Positions 21,929-32,538 are shown, counted from the first letter of the stretch. The stretch is DNA of 64,000 nt from a virus (IMGVR_UViG_3300013132_000034:33368-97367); one strand, 5' to 3'. Notes: generated by a model from the sequence alone, not told the origin. Program-made: numbers and translations.

Positions 21929-22825
21929 TTAACTCAAACTCTCGGTTTTCAATGGCATGCCAGCTGGTTTAGTAGATTTTTCTAATTCATCATTTTGCTG
22001 CTGTATTTCTTTAGAATAAAGTGAATACAGCATAAGAGATTCGGAAGGAATAAGACTCAAAAATTCAGGAATAGAAATCTTTACCTTACTTGTCAATACA
22101 TACATTAGTTCAAATATATTCTTTAAATCTTCAGAATAAACTAAATCCAGAAAATATAAAATTGAATTGTTAAAAGGGTTTAATTCTAATGAGTTGAGCT
22201 CTTTTACATGGGTATTTTGTGAAAGCAATGTAATTTCCTTGCAGCTAGCTTTAACTTCTTCAAAAAAATTAAGAAATTTTTGAGTATTAGTGCCTGAAAT
22301 GTTTTCAAACAATTTTTCTTTAAGATTATTATCTAAATTTTCGAAATCATATTCATTATCTTGTAAATAAATTGTTTTGATACAATGATTAAAAATGTCA
22401 TCTAAATTTTTTATATACAGAACTGTGGGTATGCAGAGTTTTAAAGAAAAATTTTTCTCTATTTCAACTATTTTATGTGTTAAGAACTTTTTTTCTGTTA
22501 AAAGCTTTATTTCATTAAACAGATTAAAAGCTATTAATCTGTTTTCATTATCAGATTTAATTTTAAACTTTATTTCAGAGTTTATATTGATAGCTTTAAA
22601 TTGTAAAAGTATAATTAATTTGTCAAATATATCTAATTTGTAAAATATTTCTTTTTTGTACAAAGTCTCACGTATTACAAAATCAAAATATTCTGATAAA
22701 CCACTATAGTCTTTGTTAGTAGAATATTTTAGTATGTTAATAAGATATGAATTTTTAAATTCACTAAAATATTCTTTACTGTCTAAACTAGGTATGTATA
22801 TTTTAAGTTTAAATTCATTAATCAT
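21929..22825 (-). CDS. Baseplate hub assembly protein (gp26/gp51-like paralog)
   Basis: IYIPS, LDIFDKLIILLQFKA; C-terminal 'EFLSLIPSE..LY....E' resembles gp51. Confidence 0.55.
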   Translation of the reverse strand: MINEFKLKIYIPSLDSKEYFSEFKNSYLINILKYSTNKDYSGLSEYFDFVIRETLYKKEIFYKLDIFDKLIILLQFKAININSEIKFKIKSDNENRLIAFNLFNEIKLLTEKKFLTHKIVEIEKNFSLKLCIPTVLYIKNLDDIFNHCIKTIYLQDNEYDFENLDNNLKEKLFENISGTNTQKFLNFFEEVKASCKEITLLSQNTHVKELNSLELNPFNNSILYFLDLVYSEDLKNIFELMYVLTSKVKISIPEFLSLIPSESLMLYSLYSKEIQQQNDELEKSTKPAGMPLKTESLS

Positions 22826-23748
22826 ATTAATCCAAATGGATTAATTGTACCAAACCCGCCTTCAAAACCGCTTTGTAAAGGCGAAATAATAGGTAATTGT
22901 CCATTCTCTATACGATTAATTATGTTAACCAACGGAAAATACAAATTAGCATTAACTGTATAGTGAGAAAATACCCAACTAGTTTGAAAAACATCTAAAG
23001 CCTCACCGCTAGGATCATAAACCATTTCTTCAGAATCAAGAGTTACTGGGACACAGTTATAAAACTGCCACACTTTTCTAGGAACCATAGATATGTTTTG
23101 ATAAGTTTGCGCATATTGCATTATAGTAATATCAGTTTTAACATTATAATAATCTCTTTTACCTCCAATGTCGCCGGGTCTAGCGGTAAATCCCATATGA
23201 GAAGCTAGTATAATCCAAGGCCTGATTACAACATCTAAAAACGACGTATTTGTTTCTCTAAAACCTATTCTTAAAAATGAACCGTACGGTTGTCTATCAG
23301 TAGAAGCAGGTGCGCCTAGAAAGCCTCTATTATTTTTTATACGAACAAATTCAGTATCTAAAGTTTCAGGTGGTATTGTAACAGATGAAGCAAACAAGCA
23401 ACCAATAATTCTTTGTAGAGGGTAACTTTTTAAAATGGATAGTGGAGTACCTAAATCATAGCCTCTCTTATCACCTCCTATAAGTTCTAATCCTTGCATA
23501 ATTCTTGTGTTTAATGCTGCTGGATACCTATCTATTAAAACGACCCATTGCGTTCTTAATGGAATTGATGTTGACCATGATTCCATTTGCGCAAGAAAAT
23601 AATCACGAACACTTACTAATGGAACAGCGGGTAAATTAAATCCAAATAGATTTGTAATCTGAGGTGCGAATAACGGGTTTTTACCTGAAACTAGACTTGC
23701 TGCGTTCTGAACAATACCAGCTGCAGCGTCAACAAAAGGATTATTCAC
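22822..23748 (-). CDS. Tail-tube-fold baseplate protein (gp54-like tube initiator)
   Basis: SVTIPPE, IGFRETN, KVWQFYNCVPV tube-family motifs; adjacent to gp19. Confidence 0.6.
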   Translation of the reverse strand: MNNPFVDAAAGIVQNAASLVSGKNPLFAPQITNLFGFNLPAVPLVSVRDYFLAQMESWSTSIPLRTQWVVLIDRYPAALNTRIMQGLELIGGDKRGYDLGTPLSILKSYPLQRIIGCLFASSVTIPPETLDTEFVRIKNNRGFLGAPASTDRQPYGSFLRIGFRETNTSFLDVVIRPWIILASHMGFTARPGDIGGKRDYYNVKTDITIMQYAQTYQNISMVPRKVWQFYNCVPVTLDSEEMVYDPSGEALDVFQTSWVFSHYTVNANLYFPLVNIINRIENGQLPIISPLQSGFEGGFGTINPFGLI

Positions 23749-23764
23749 TAAAATATTTAGTGAA
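23744..23764 (-). promoter_or_regulatory. Hairpin covering the late promoter and GTG start of the gp54-like gene
   Basis: TTCACTAAA-ATA-TTTAGTGAA: perfect 9-bp inverted repeat containing TAAATA (23759-23754) and GTG (23748). Confidence 0.55.
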
Positions 23765-23776
23765 AAATATTAGTTA

Positions 23777-24322
23777 TTATGGTAATCTCTTCCAGTAATG
23801 GTAAGCAAGAGTGGCGGTAAATTTAAGTGTCTCACCTGTGCCATCAGCAATATTATATGATAATGGACCAACGTTACGTACTGATACGCCAACTAATTGA
23901 TATTGAGCTACTTTGGCTAGCTTTGCATCAAGCTGAACTAGATCAATTGTTGAGCTTTGTTTTGGTGTAAAATAATTGCCAGTGCTATTTGCGTCATCAA
24001 ATGTACTGCGTGACCAATCCTCAAATTTTTGGCGTAGCTTAGACTGAGCATCAGCATAAAATTCAACTGCATAAGCTTCACTATTAGGATAAAGAACACT
24101 ACCCGGGACGTTGAAATTTAATCCCATGTATGGTACAACTTTATTTTGTATTGCTCTTTCAGGTAATGTGGCAGTACGAATATAAACTAAATCATCATTA
24201 TCAAATGTTACACCCGAGTCAGCTGCGTTAATAGATAAAACTCTAAATTGAAAATCGCGCGCGAAATCTCTTTGTTGCGCTACTCTGTAGAAGTCTGATA
24301 TTAATTGATTTACGTCTGCCAT
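23777..24322 (-). CDS. Tail tube protein (gp19-like)
   Basis: TATLP...VPYMG...VPG...LRQKFEDW...LVQLD...FTATLAYHYW; follows the sheath gene. Confidence 0.9.
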   Translation of the reverse strand: MADVNQLISDFYRVAQQRDFARDFQFRVLSINAADSGVTFDNDDLVYIRTATLPERAIQNKVVPYMGLNFNVPGSVLYPNSEAYAVEFYADAQSKLRQKFEDWSRSTFDDANSTGNYFTPKQSSTIDLVQLDAKLAKVAQYQLVGVSVRNVGPLSYNIADGTGETLKFTATLAYHYWKRLP

Positions 24323-24337
24323 AAAATTATTTATTCG

Positions 24338-26644
24338 TTATGCTATAATTTCGTTAAAATCTTGGCTAGTTTTTGTAGCATAGAAGTTAACCAAGATGTA
24401 TTCAGCTGTTCTTGTTGGCTTGATATATATATCAACAACAAGTTGATTGTCATCGATTATAGCTGGTGTATTATTTTTTTCATCGCAGATGATCAAATAA
24501 TCATATACCCCTTGTGTATTTTTAGCATTTTCGAAAAATGGTGATATTGTATTAATAACCTGTGTGCGTGTAAACAGTGTGTTGGGCTCAAATATAAAGC
24601 TCTTTACAGTGTTGCGTACGAGTGTTTCAAGATTAATGAACAATCTGCGTACATTGATACGATCAAACGCGCTTGGTTGCTTTTGTAATGTTTTTTGTCC
24701 ATATACAACAAACCCTTCGGCGGGAAAGAATGCAACAGGGTTTGCGCCAATCTTATATAATTGATCGCGTTGTTTCTGTTTTGGGTATACTGCAAGATCA
24801 ATAGCACCAGCAACAGTGCCGCGTGTAAAGCCTGCCGGTGCAAACCATGGTTGATAATTTGTATCTGTACGTGCCATTAAAGCTGCAGCAAATCCTGAAA
24901 ATGGTGCCCAAACGGGTACGCTTAATACAGGGTCAGATACAAGAACACAATTTGCATACGTGCATGCATAGCTTGTATTAATTGGATCAAAGCAATTACG
25001 CAATGGCCAGTAAATATTAGATGTAAAGTTTGTATCAGATCTTTCTATTGTTTTAATATTTGCACCCTGGACAAAAATAGGTAGTAGAGGATCTGAAATA
25101 AACAAATGGTCTTTACGTTGTTCAGCCGCAAATACTCTGAATTCTTCAAATACTGATGCCCATGCATCTCTTAAATTCTTTGTTTCACCTGTAATACCTG
25201 TTGAAGATGATAAACCGTTATATGCAGAGATATATTTGGTGTCGTCGAATATGCCATTATTTGCAGATGACGAAGCATATATTGTTCCTAAACCGCCTTC
25301 TACTGTTAATGTTAAAGGATATACATCATAATTTTCTACTTTTTGTAGAAGTTTGTTAACCTTGCCGGGTACATTACCAATAACCTTAGAGTAAGGATTG
25401 TCTAAGGTATACGATCCGAGAGGATATAATGCACCACCAACACCGATTTCTGATGTAAAATAATTAACCCCAGCAACGTTAATACCGGTGAAATTAGAAT
25501 CGAGTTGTGCAGCATATTTTAATCCTTCACCGAGAACTCGAACTTGAACCTTAGGATTACCAGCTTCAGTTGCGTTGTTTGTGCTTGTATCTCTCTTTGA
25601 AACAGCGGGATTAACTAGTATATTAATTGTTGGTGAATTATCTTCTACTGCGCCAAGGAAGAAACTTTGTGCACCACCACCACTTTCAGGTAAGTTTTGG
25701 CGATAGTAATTGATTGAACCTGTATATTTTTCAACAAGTGATTTTGTCAATTGTAATACTGTTGGTGAAAATACCGATTGATACAATTTAAATACACCTA
25801 CATTTAAACAATCTCTGTAAGCTGTTGTGCCAATATTATATGTTGTAAATTCCATGTCTTGCGACAATGAATTATCTGCACCATCGAATGCAGCGCTTAG
25901 AGGAAAATCTAATCTTGTTTCAAGCAATTCTGTGTAAGTATTAGTCGCTGCAGTGCCACCGGTCCTGGTACCTTCTACACTAACTGTAAAAGCTTTTGGA
26001 AGACCACGGTAATCAACTTGTGGGTTAACTGTAGTGTTGTCAATCAAACCTACATAATAACCTTCAAAGGTAGAATTTATATTATACTTCTGTTTATTTA
26101 AAACAATAATACCGGCATTACCAAATGCTGAAAGAGAAGTAATTTGACCATTACTATCCGTTACATTTGACTTCCATGTAAACCCGCTGCCGTTTAGAAT
26201 ATCTTGATATTGTGTGTCGGTTAATTCAACTAAATTAGGTTTACCTAGAAGGAACATATCACCATCACCGCTAATAATATCTAGATTTGTTTGAATATCA
26301 TTGTTTGATGCTTTCTTGCCACGTACTGGATATACAAGAGCGGTATATTTTGAACCGAAACCTTCACCTAAACCGGAACCATAGCCAAGACGAGCTGCAT
26401 ACATTGTTGCAGGGCTTTGAAATACTGCTTTAGCGGTATGATAAAAATATCTCTCCGCTGCATTTGTAGGTGTTCCGAATATTTGAGTAAATTCAGATAA
26501 TGTCGAAACAACGATTGGTTCATATGTCGGACCTTGTGCTGCAAAACCAGCAACTAATACGTTTGTTACATCGTTTGTTGCTGCTCTTAGAGAAAGATCT
26601 ACTTCACTTATTTGTACACCGGGGCTTTGGATTGTTCTTGCCAT
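24338..26644 (-). CDS. Tail sheath protein (gp18-like)
   Basis: SPGVQISEVDLS, PWFAPAGFTRG, VVYGQKTL, SAFDRINVRRLF, FEPN, IYIKPTRTAEYI. Confidence 0.97.
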   Translation of the reverse strand: MARTIQSPGVQISEVDLSLRAATNDVTNVLVAGFAAQGPTYEPIVVSTLSEFTQIFGTPTNAAERYFYHTAKAVFQSPATMYAARLGYGSGLGEGFGSKYTALVYPVRGKKASNNDIQTNLDIISGDGDMFLLGKPNLVELTDTQYQDILNGSGFTWKSNVTDSNGQITSLSAFGNAGIIVLNKQKYNINSTFEGYYVGLIDNTTVNPQVDYRGLPKAFTVSVEGTRTGGTAATNTYTELLETRLDFPLSAAFDGADNSLSQDMEFTTYNIGTTAYRDCLNVGVFKLYQSVFSPTVLQLTKSLVEKYTGSINYYRQNLPESGGGAQSFFLGAVEDNSPTINILVNPAVSKRDTSTNNATEAGNPKVQVRVLGEGLKYAAQLDSNFTGINVAGVNYFTSEIGVGGALYPLGSYTLDNPYSKVIGNVPGKVNKLLQKVENYDVYPLTLTVEGGLGTIYASSSANNGIFDDTKYISAYNGLSSSTGITGETKNLRDAWASVFEEFRVFAAEQRKDHLFISDPLLPIFVQGANIKTIERSDTNFTSNIYWPLRNCFDPINTSYACTYANCVLVSDPVLSVPVWAPFSGFAAALMARTDTNYQPWFAPAGFTRGTVAGAIDLAVYPKQKQRDQLYKIGANPVAFFPAEGFVVYGQKTLQKQPSAFDRINVRRLFINLETLVRNTVKSFIFEPNTLFTRTQVINTISPFFENAKNTQGVYDYLIICDEKNNTPAIIDDNQLVVDIYIKPTRTAEYILVNFYATKTSQDFNEIIA

Positions 26645-26687
26645 ACTAAAAATATTTATATTTTTTCGTCACTAATTTCTTTGCTTT

Positions 26688-27296
26688 TTACAAATTAGTT
26701 GTAGTAATTGGCTGAGTAGCATCAGGAGATAGAATCTTTACTAATAACTGATCAAAAGAAAATTCAAATGTTGTATCTATTTGAGATGCGTCCCTATAAC
26801 TATAGTTAATCTCTCCTAATAAAGTAGGAAATGCACGGGTAAAGTCAAATTGTATAACTTTATTGTCATATTCATCTAAACCATACAATGTAAAGTTTGC
26901 TTTATAAACATTAGAAGTTGTACTGTTTATTAAATCTCTATGATCTAATTGATTATATTTTTGATTATTAATTAAATCTAACCAACTATATATAACCCAA
27001 TAATTGTTAAAATAATTATCTATTGTAAAACTAACGGTAACGTTTGGATAAGGTGGTCTGCTTTCAGATGAAACATGCAAGGTTTGCCCGGCATATCTTG
27101 AAACTACTTCATTTATTGAAACGCTCGGTATATTAATACCGAAGACGCTAAATGAAATTGAATCAAATAAAATATTACCGGGTTGTCTTGTTATTTTTTT
27201 GTTTATACTTTTTAAAGCTTCCGGTAGCGTCATGACAAATAAAAATTTGTCTTTACGTTGTTTATTAAAAGGTGACTGCGCGTATTCTGTGCTCAT
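26688..27296 (-). CDS. Tail completion / tube-terminator protein (gp3-like)
   Basis: NIPSVSI, VSFTIDNYFNNYWVIYSW, FDFTRAFPTLLGEINY. Confidence 0.7.
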   Translation of the reverse strand: MSTEYAQSPFNKQRKDKFLFVMTLPEALKSINKKITRQPGNILFDSISFSVFGINIPSVSINEVVSRYAGQTLHVSSESRPPYPNVTVSFTIDNYFNNYWVIYSWLDLINNQKYNQLDHRDLINSTTSNVYKANFTLYGLDEYDNKVIQFDFTRAFPTLLGEINYSYRDASQIDTTFEFSFDQLLVKILSPDATQPITTTNL

Positions 27297-28999
27297 TTAT
27301 AGTAATCCGTTAAAAATTTCCACCCTTGCCCTTTTAAATCATCAACATCTGCATTTTCGCTAGATTGACTACTAATAATTGCTGGCAGTATATTTTCACC
27401 AAATCCTCCTCTTTCATTATTTAAATAAGAAGATGGTTTTATAAAACTTCTTAATCCCCAATCTAGAACTTTTATTAGCAATGGTTTTCTATTTGTATCA
27501 TATTCGATAATATCAAAAAATTTCTCACAAACATCATTTTCGAGCCCCATTAAAGCCCATACAAGTGACATTACTCTATCATCATAAAAATTGCCCTCTC
27601 TTGCAGCCCAGGTACCATTTGGGTATCTAACAAAGTTTTTTAATTCCATAACAGTATCTTTATCATACAGTTTAACTGCATTTAATTCATTAACCCAATA
27701 GCGCATATTTGTAACACCTCTATATTTTGTATTAGTGTGAGCGATAACGCCAGGTCTTTTTATATATTCAGTGCCTCTTATTTTAGGAGAATAATTTACA
27801 ATATTTTCATAATGGTGGGTCATTTTTAATTGATCAACTACTTGTGCACCGCAATTATTTCTTTCTATTAAAACTGGAGGTGTACCATATTGTCTTAAAA
27901 TTTCTAAAAGTTTTGAAATAAAATTAAATGGTGTAATAGAATTGTCTGCGTAAATTGCTGATTGTTTTATTTCTTTTAGATCAGTTACATCTAATACCTG
28001 AACTACACTATAATTGCTGTTTACTCCTTCTGCGACGTCAACACCAACAACATATACTTTCTTTTCATCCGGCTCTTCCCAAACTCGGTATTTTCCATTA
28101 TCAAAAATAAATTCAGGATCTCTTATATTTTGTTTTAATTTTTCAAACAGTTGATCGGATAAAGAACTTTCCCCCGTTTGTAAAAATACATTACCAAATT
28201 CTTGATCAAAAAATTCTTTACTACCTAACGATCTGACAGTTTTTTCTTTCCAGTCCTCATCTCTTCCTGGCACTTCCCACCAATCAACCCGCTCGGCGTG
28301 CCACCCGTTGGAATTTTCTATAGCACCTGAATATAATTCATGAAATAAATTTCCAGTACCATTAGGAGTACTTGCGACAAATATTTTTGATTTTTTAGAT
28401 GATGAAATAATTGGGTAAACGGATTTCCAAAAATCTTGTACCATACCATTATCGATAAAGGCTAACTCATCAAGAATTAAAACATTACAGCTATCACCTC
28501 TACCTGCATCAGATGATGTTGTTGAAATTCCTATACTACTACCATTAGCTAGTACCATAGAAGTTTTACCATATTCAACTGCGCCAGGTTTTAAATAGTT
28601 AGGAAGTTGCTCGTATGCTAATCTTACACGTTTAAAAATGTTTATTGCGGTTTGTTCTTTATTAGCGACAATTAAAATTCTTTGATCATCAAAAAAACAA
28701 CTTATCCATAATGCATAAATTGTCATTAATGTTGTTTTACCTGATTGTCTAGAAGATAAAAATACAACAAATCTATTGTCTCTTAATGCTCTAAGTATTC
28801 TTTTTTGATAATTGTGTAGTTTTATCTTTTCTCTGCCTCTATCCAAATTAACAATATAAAAATAATTTTCTGCAAAATGTAATATGTTTTTGCTACACTT
28901 TTTTAATTCCGACAACATTTCACCTGTCCACTCAAATGTTGTTTCAGGTGTGGGTAAATTCTTGTTACCTAAATAAAATCGCGAATCTTTGTGAGGCAT
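27293..28999 (-). CDS. Large terminase subunit (gp17-like)
   Basis: SRQSGKTT Walker A, ILDELAF Walker B, STPNG, FDQEFG, nuclease motifs GVDVAEG and DDRVMS. Confidence 0.97.
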   Translation of the reverse strand: MPHKDSRFYLGNKNLPTPETTFEWTGEMLSELKKCSKNILHFAENYFYIVNLDRGREKIKLHNYQKRILRALRDNRFVVFLSSRQSGKTTLMTIYALWISCFFDDQRILIVANKEQTAINIFKRVRLAYEQLPNYLKPGAVEYGKTSMVLANGSSIGISTTSSDAGRGDSCNVLILDELAFIDNGMVQDFWKSVYPIISSSKKSKIFVASTPNGTGNLFHELYSGAIENSNGWHAERVDWWEVPGRDEDWKEKTVRSLGSKEFFDQEFGNVFLQTGESSLSDQLFEKLKQNIRDPEFIFDNGKYRVWEEPDEKKVYVVGVDVAEGVNSNYSVVQVLDVTDLKEIKQSAIYADNSITPFNFISKLLEILRQYGTPPVLIERNNCGAQVVDQLKMTHHYENIVNYSPKIRGTEYIKRPGVIAHTNTKYRGVTNMRYWVNELNAVKLYDKDTVMELKNFVRYPNGTWAAREGNFYDDRVMSLVWALMGLENDVCEKFFDIIEYDTNRKPLLIKVLDWGLRSFIKPSSYLNNERGGFGENILPAIISSQSSENADVDDLKGQGWKFLTDYYK

Positions 29000-29014
29000 T
29001 ATATAAATACTTAT

Positions 29015-29986
29015 ATGAATAAAGTAAGGGACTTAGTAGATTTGTCTAAGGTATATGAAGCAGTAAAGACATCTAAAGTGTCTGACCCTAAGGCAAAATT
29101 TGGTACAAAACCTGGCAAGCCAATGCAAGCTATACCTACAGTAAAAGCAAAAGAACCTCTTACCTCTGACCATAAACCTAAACAACCCTTTTTTCATAAA
29201 GATTCTGGCCCGGAGAATGCAGATAATTTTAATAAAAACATAGTAGATCCAAAGACAAACAAAGGTAAAGAGAATGTTTATGAGCCAGAAAAATTTTCAG
29301 ATAATATCGAAAAAAAAGTAAAAGAGAGTATAAATAATTTTATGAATAACAAATCTATTTTTGACAAACTTTACGAAGAGGTAATGGGAGGCACAGAAGA
29401 TGCCGAAGCCCTCGACGCACAAGAGCTCGGCATTGGCCCTGAACAAGAGGGTGAAAAGTCCGAAGCTGAAATGAGCTCAAAAGAGCTTATAGCGAAAGCT
29501 TTAGAATTACTTCAGCTAGCTCATGATAAATGCCCTGAAGAGGGTGGCGATGAGCATGAAGGTTCAGATGAATTTGGTCCTGAAGCCGGTAAGGAAGAAG
29601 GCCAGGAAGATGAAGAAGATGGTGAAGAGCAAGAAGAAGGTAAGAAAGAGGAGAAGAAGGAAGATAAGAAAGAAGAAGTAGCTGGCTAAGCAGTTGATGC
29701 AGAAGAAGTCGGCACACCAATAGTTGATGGTGAAAAGCTATCAAAGGGGTTAAACAAAGTATCTTCCGGCTCAAATGTAGTAGCAGGCGATGTTTCAACA
29801 GCTGGTAAGAAAGCTGGCAAAGGTGGTGATGGCAAAACAACCGATAAAGTTGGTAATGACGGTGACAAGGGCCACGCACTAGTCGGTAGCGGTGTAAGCG
29901 GTGGTGCACCAACACCTGTTAAAGGCAAGTCAAATGTCGTTAACAGCAGAATTAAGGGTAACAACCAACCCTTCTACAGCGTCTAA
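29015..29986 (+). CDS. Acidic late (head-internal/scaffold-like) protein, interrupted as written by one in-frame TAA at 29687-29689
   Basis: ATG 5 nt after TAAATA. The frame stays open for about 98 codons after the TAA (AVDAEEVGTPIVDGEKL...NQPFYSV*) and ends just before a strong terminator. Confidence 0.7.
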
Positions 29987-30003
29987 AATAGATTAATAAA
30001 ATT

Positions 30004-30032
30004 AAAGCCCCTCGCAAGAGGGGCTTTTTTTT
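30004..30032 (+). terminator. Rho-independent terminator
   Basis: AAAGCCCCTC-GCAA-GAGGGGCTTT followed by further Ts; GNRA tetraloop. Confidence 0.92.
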
Positions 30033-30046
30033 GATTAAATATCTTT

Positions 30047-31156
30047 ATGGTTACCGATTACCTAAAAGATGAGTTGAATCCTACTTTTTTTGATAGTGAT
30101 AACAAACTCAAGGAACCTATAAGAGAAAAACTTCTTTTAATTGCAAATAAAGCTTTTGAAGATTTAGAAGTAGAGACAGATATAGTTGATATAACATTTA
30201 CGGGTTCTTTGGCCAATTTTACCTACAATGAAGATTCAGATGTAGATTTACATATTGTATTAAAATTTAATGATATTAATAAAGACAATGAGCTAGTTAA
30301 AAAAGCATTAGACTGTAATAAGTTTGTATGGAATTTAAGACACGAAATTACTTTTGCTGGGCATGAAGTAGAAATATATTTTCAAGATGTAAATGAAAAG
30401 CATAATTCGTCTGGTGTTTATTCTATAGAAAAAAATAAATGGTTGATTGAACCAAAAAAATTATCTAATCAAATTGATAAAGACTTAGTAGATAAAAAAT
30501 ATAATCATTATAGCTCACATATAGAATCTTTAGAAAAAATTATAAAAAAAGATGTTACTAAAGACTATGCAGAAAAAATTCTTAGCAATGCGCAGAAATA
30601 TTTTAAAAAATTAAAAGCTGATAGAAAGGAAAGCTTAGAGACTGAAGGCGAATTATCTGTTAATAATTTAGTATTTAAAGAACTTAGAAGAAGAGGGTTT
30701 ATAGATAGATTGAATGATTTGATACATCAAGCATATGACAAATCTTTAACTGAGTCATATTTTAGCAAAATTGCTACTAATGTAGGTTATAAGAAAAAGA
30801 ATAATACTTTCAAACCAATGAAGCAAAAAAAGAAAGAAACAAAATTATTTTTTAAAATTAATCCAGGCACAAGAAAAAGACATCAACACCCTGTTGGTCG
30901 TACTGGTTATGATAGAAAACATCCTCAATTTGTTCCTGATATGCATAAGGCTGATTTAAGATCATTTCAAAAGTTAGAAAGTTTGAGAAATGGAAAAACT
31001 GGTAGATATGTTTTATCGCCTAGTGAGTTCAGTAAGCTTAAAAAACTTTATAATATTAGCATGGTTAAGCCTGGTGAAATAAAGAAACTAGGCAATACAG
31101 GAATTAATTTATATTATGATCCTAACTTTAATAAATTTGTAATGGAGAGACTATGA
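30047..31156 (+). CDS. Pol-beta-family nucleotidyltransferase domain protein
   Basis: TGSLANFTY..DSDVDLHIV motif; GELSVNNLVFKELRR; basic C-terminal extension. Confidence 0.8.
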   Translation: MVTDYLKDELNPTFFDSDNKLKEPIREKLLLIANKAFEDLEVETDIVDITFTGSLANFTYNEDSDVDLHIVLKFNDINKDNELVKKALDCNKFVWNLRHEITFAGHEVEIYFQDVNEKHNSSGVYSIEKNKWLIEPKKLSNQIDKDLVDKKYNHYSSHIESLEKIIKKDVTKDYAEKILSNAQKYFKKLKADRKESLETEGELSVNNLVFKELRRRGFIDRLNDLIHQAYDKSLTESYFSKIATNVGYKKKNNTFKPMKQKKKETKLFFKINPGTRKRHQHPVGRTGYDRKHPQFVPDMHKADLRSFQKLESLRNGKTGRYVLSPSEFSKLKKLYNISMVKPGEIKKLGNTGINLYYDPNFNKFVMERL

Positions 31157-31911
31157 GTGTAGACAAATATACTGGTAATACAGACATTAGATTTTACCCT
31201 CTTCAATCAAACCAGGTTGAAAATAGTTGTTTTAGGTTCCTAGATAAAGATAAAAATGAGTGTGAAAGAGCTCTTGTATCAAATGCTTTGAGAGAACAAA
31301 TTAATTTGTATGGCACTAAAGTCACCTATTATATTAACACATACAACCCGGCATTGACTGCTGATAATTTTTACGGAGAACAACCTTTATCAGAATATGG
31401 TATACCTATTAGCTTTATAGCCTTTATTGATTTAAATGAAAATTCATTACTGTTAAGTAAGTTTGGATTTCAATCAGAAGATGAAATAACGATGTATATA
31501 CATATTAGTTCATTTTATGAAGCATATAATACACCTGTATTGTCTGCTTTGTTTAATGGTTACGCAATAGAACCAAAGTCTGACGACGTTTTTAAATTAA
31601 CAGAATATGGTAGTGATAGACCGGGTGAAAGAGACGGGAAAATGTTTCAAATAACGGAGAGACTAGATCAAGATATTAATAAGATAAATCCTCTGCTAGG
31701 ACATTATGTATGGCTGCTTAAAGCTAAGAGATTTGAATATAGCTTTGAACCCGGTCTTACAGCAGAAAAAGGTAATACTCAAGTATTTGATAATCCAAAG
31801 GATAATAGCATTACTGGTGCTGATAAAAATTATACATTTGATATTAATATTGCATCAAAGCAAGTATTTGATGGAAAAAATAATACTAGTGTGTATGGTG
31901 AATATGATTAA
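31153..31911 (+). CDS. Neck/head-completion protein gp14-like
   Basis: EQINLYGTKVTYY, FYGEQP, LLSKFGFQSEDEITMYI, EPKSDDVF. Confidence 0.8.
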   Translation: MSVDKYTGNTDIRFYPLQSNQVENSCFRFLDKDKNECERALVSNALREQINLYGTKVTYYINTYNPALTADNFYGEQPLSEYGIPISFIAFIDLNENSLLLSKFGFQSEDEITMYIHISSFYEAYNTPVLSALFNGYAIEPKSDDVFKLTEYGSDRPGERDGKMFQITERLDQDINKINPLLGHYVWLLKAKRFEYSFEPGLTAEKGNTQVFDNPKDNSITGADKNYTFDINIASKQVFDGKNNTSVYGEYD

Positions 31912-32213
31912 ATTTCCTCTAACTCTTCTTCAATCTCTAATTCTTTGTAGCTCTTGATACCGCCCTTAAAAATACCTTTGTCTATCTCTAATTCATGCAA
32001 CATAGAAGTGTAACGAGCATCTAAATATTTTTGAAAATCTATAGGCTTAACCCAAGCTGTGCTTTTATCAATATTAACGCCCATTTCATCTGCTTTTCTT
32101 CCTACAATATAAATTGCCTCCATTAATGAAAGCCACCTAGCCGCACATTCAAGTGAAAGTACTTCTGTTTTATTGTCTTTGAGCTGTAGCGTTATTGTTC
32201 TGTTTGTATTCAT
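31908..32213 (-). CDS. Hypothetical protein (weak gp33-like resemblance)
   Basis: 101-aa ORF; SLMEAI...EMGVNID segment is loosely gp33-like (function is speculative). Confidence 0.55.
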   Translation of the reverse strand: MNTNRTITLQLKDNKTEVLSLECAARWLSLMEAIYIVGRKADEMGVNIDKSTAWVKPIDFQKYLDARYTSMLHELEIDKGIFKGGIKSYKELEIEEELEEI

Positions 32214-32538
32214 TACATACTTTTATAATGGAACCTAATATCATAGTCAAGAACTTTTCTGTATTAATGTTGTCCTTATAAATTGTTTTCAAAATAGTCT
32301 GTGCTTGAAATAAATCTTGCTTAATTTTTGTGTCAACCACAACATGTTCTTTCAATATATTAAAAAAAATATTAATGTAATCGCTTATAGTAACACAATT
32401 ATAGGAGAGCGCTGCACCAGCTGTAAGATCTGCTTTATCAAAATATTTTTCAATAAATGGTTTTACTTCACTATAATCTACAGGTTTCAGTTTATCTGCA
32501 TCGGTAAAACTTGCAGGCTTTAATGTTATATCAACCAT
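32170..32538 (-). CDS. Hypothetical protein
   Basis: 122-aa ORF overlapping its neighbours in an operon. Confidence 0.6.
   Translation of the reverse strand: MVDITLKPASFTDADKLKPVDYSEVKPFIEKYFDKADLTAGAALSYNCVTISDYINIFFNILKEHVVVDTKIKQDLFQAQTILKTIYKDNINTEKFLTMILGSIIKVCNEYKQNNNATAQRQ

Noticed and set aside
9552-29986. Genome-wide stop-codon reassignment (code 4/15/25)
   Set aside because: Only two internal stops, of different types (TGA and TAA). TGA and TAA terminate many conserved genes at the expected positions (e.g. helicase 40925, polymerase 45934), and Trp is encoded by TGG.
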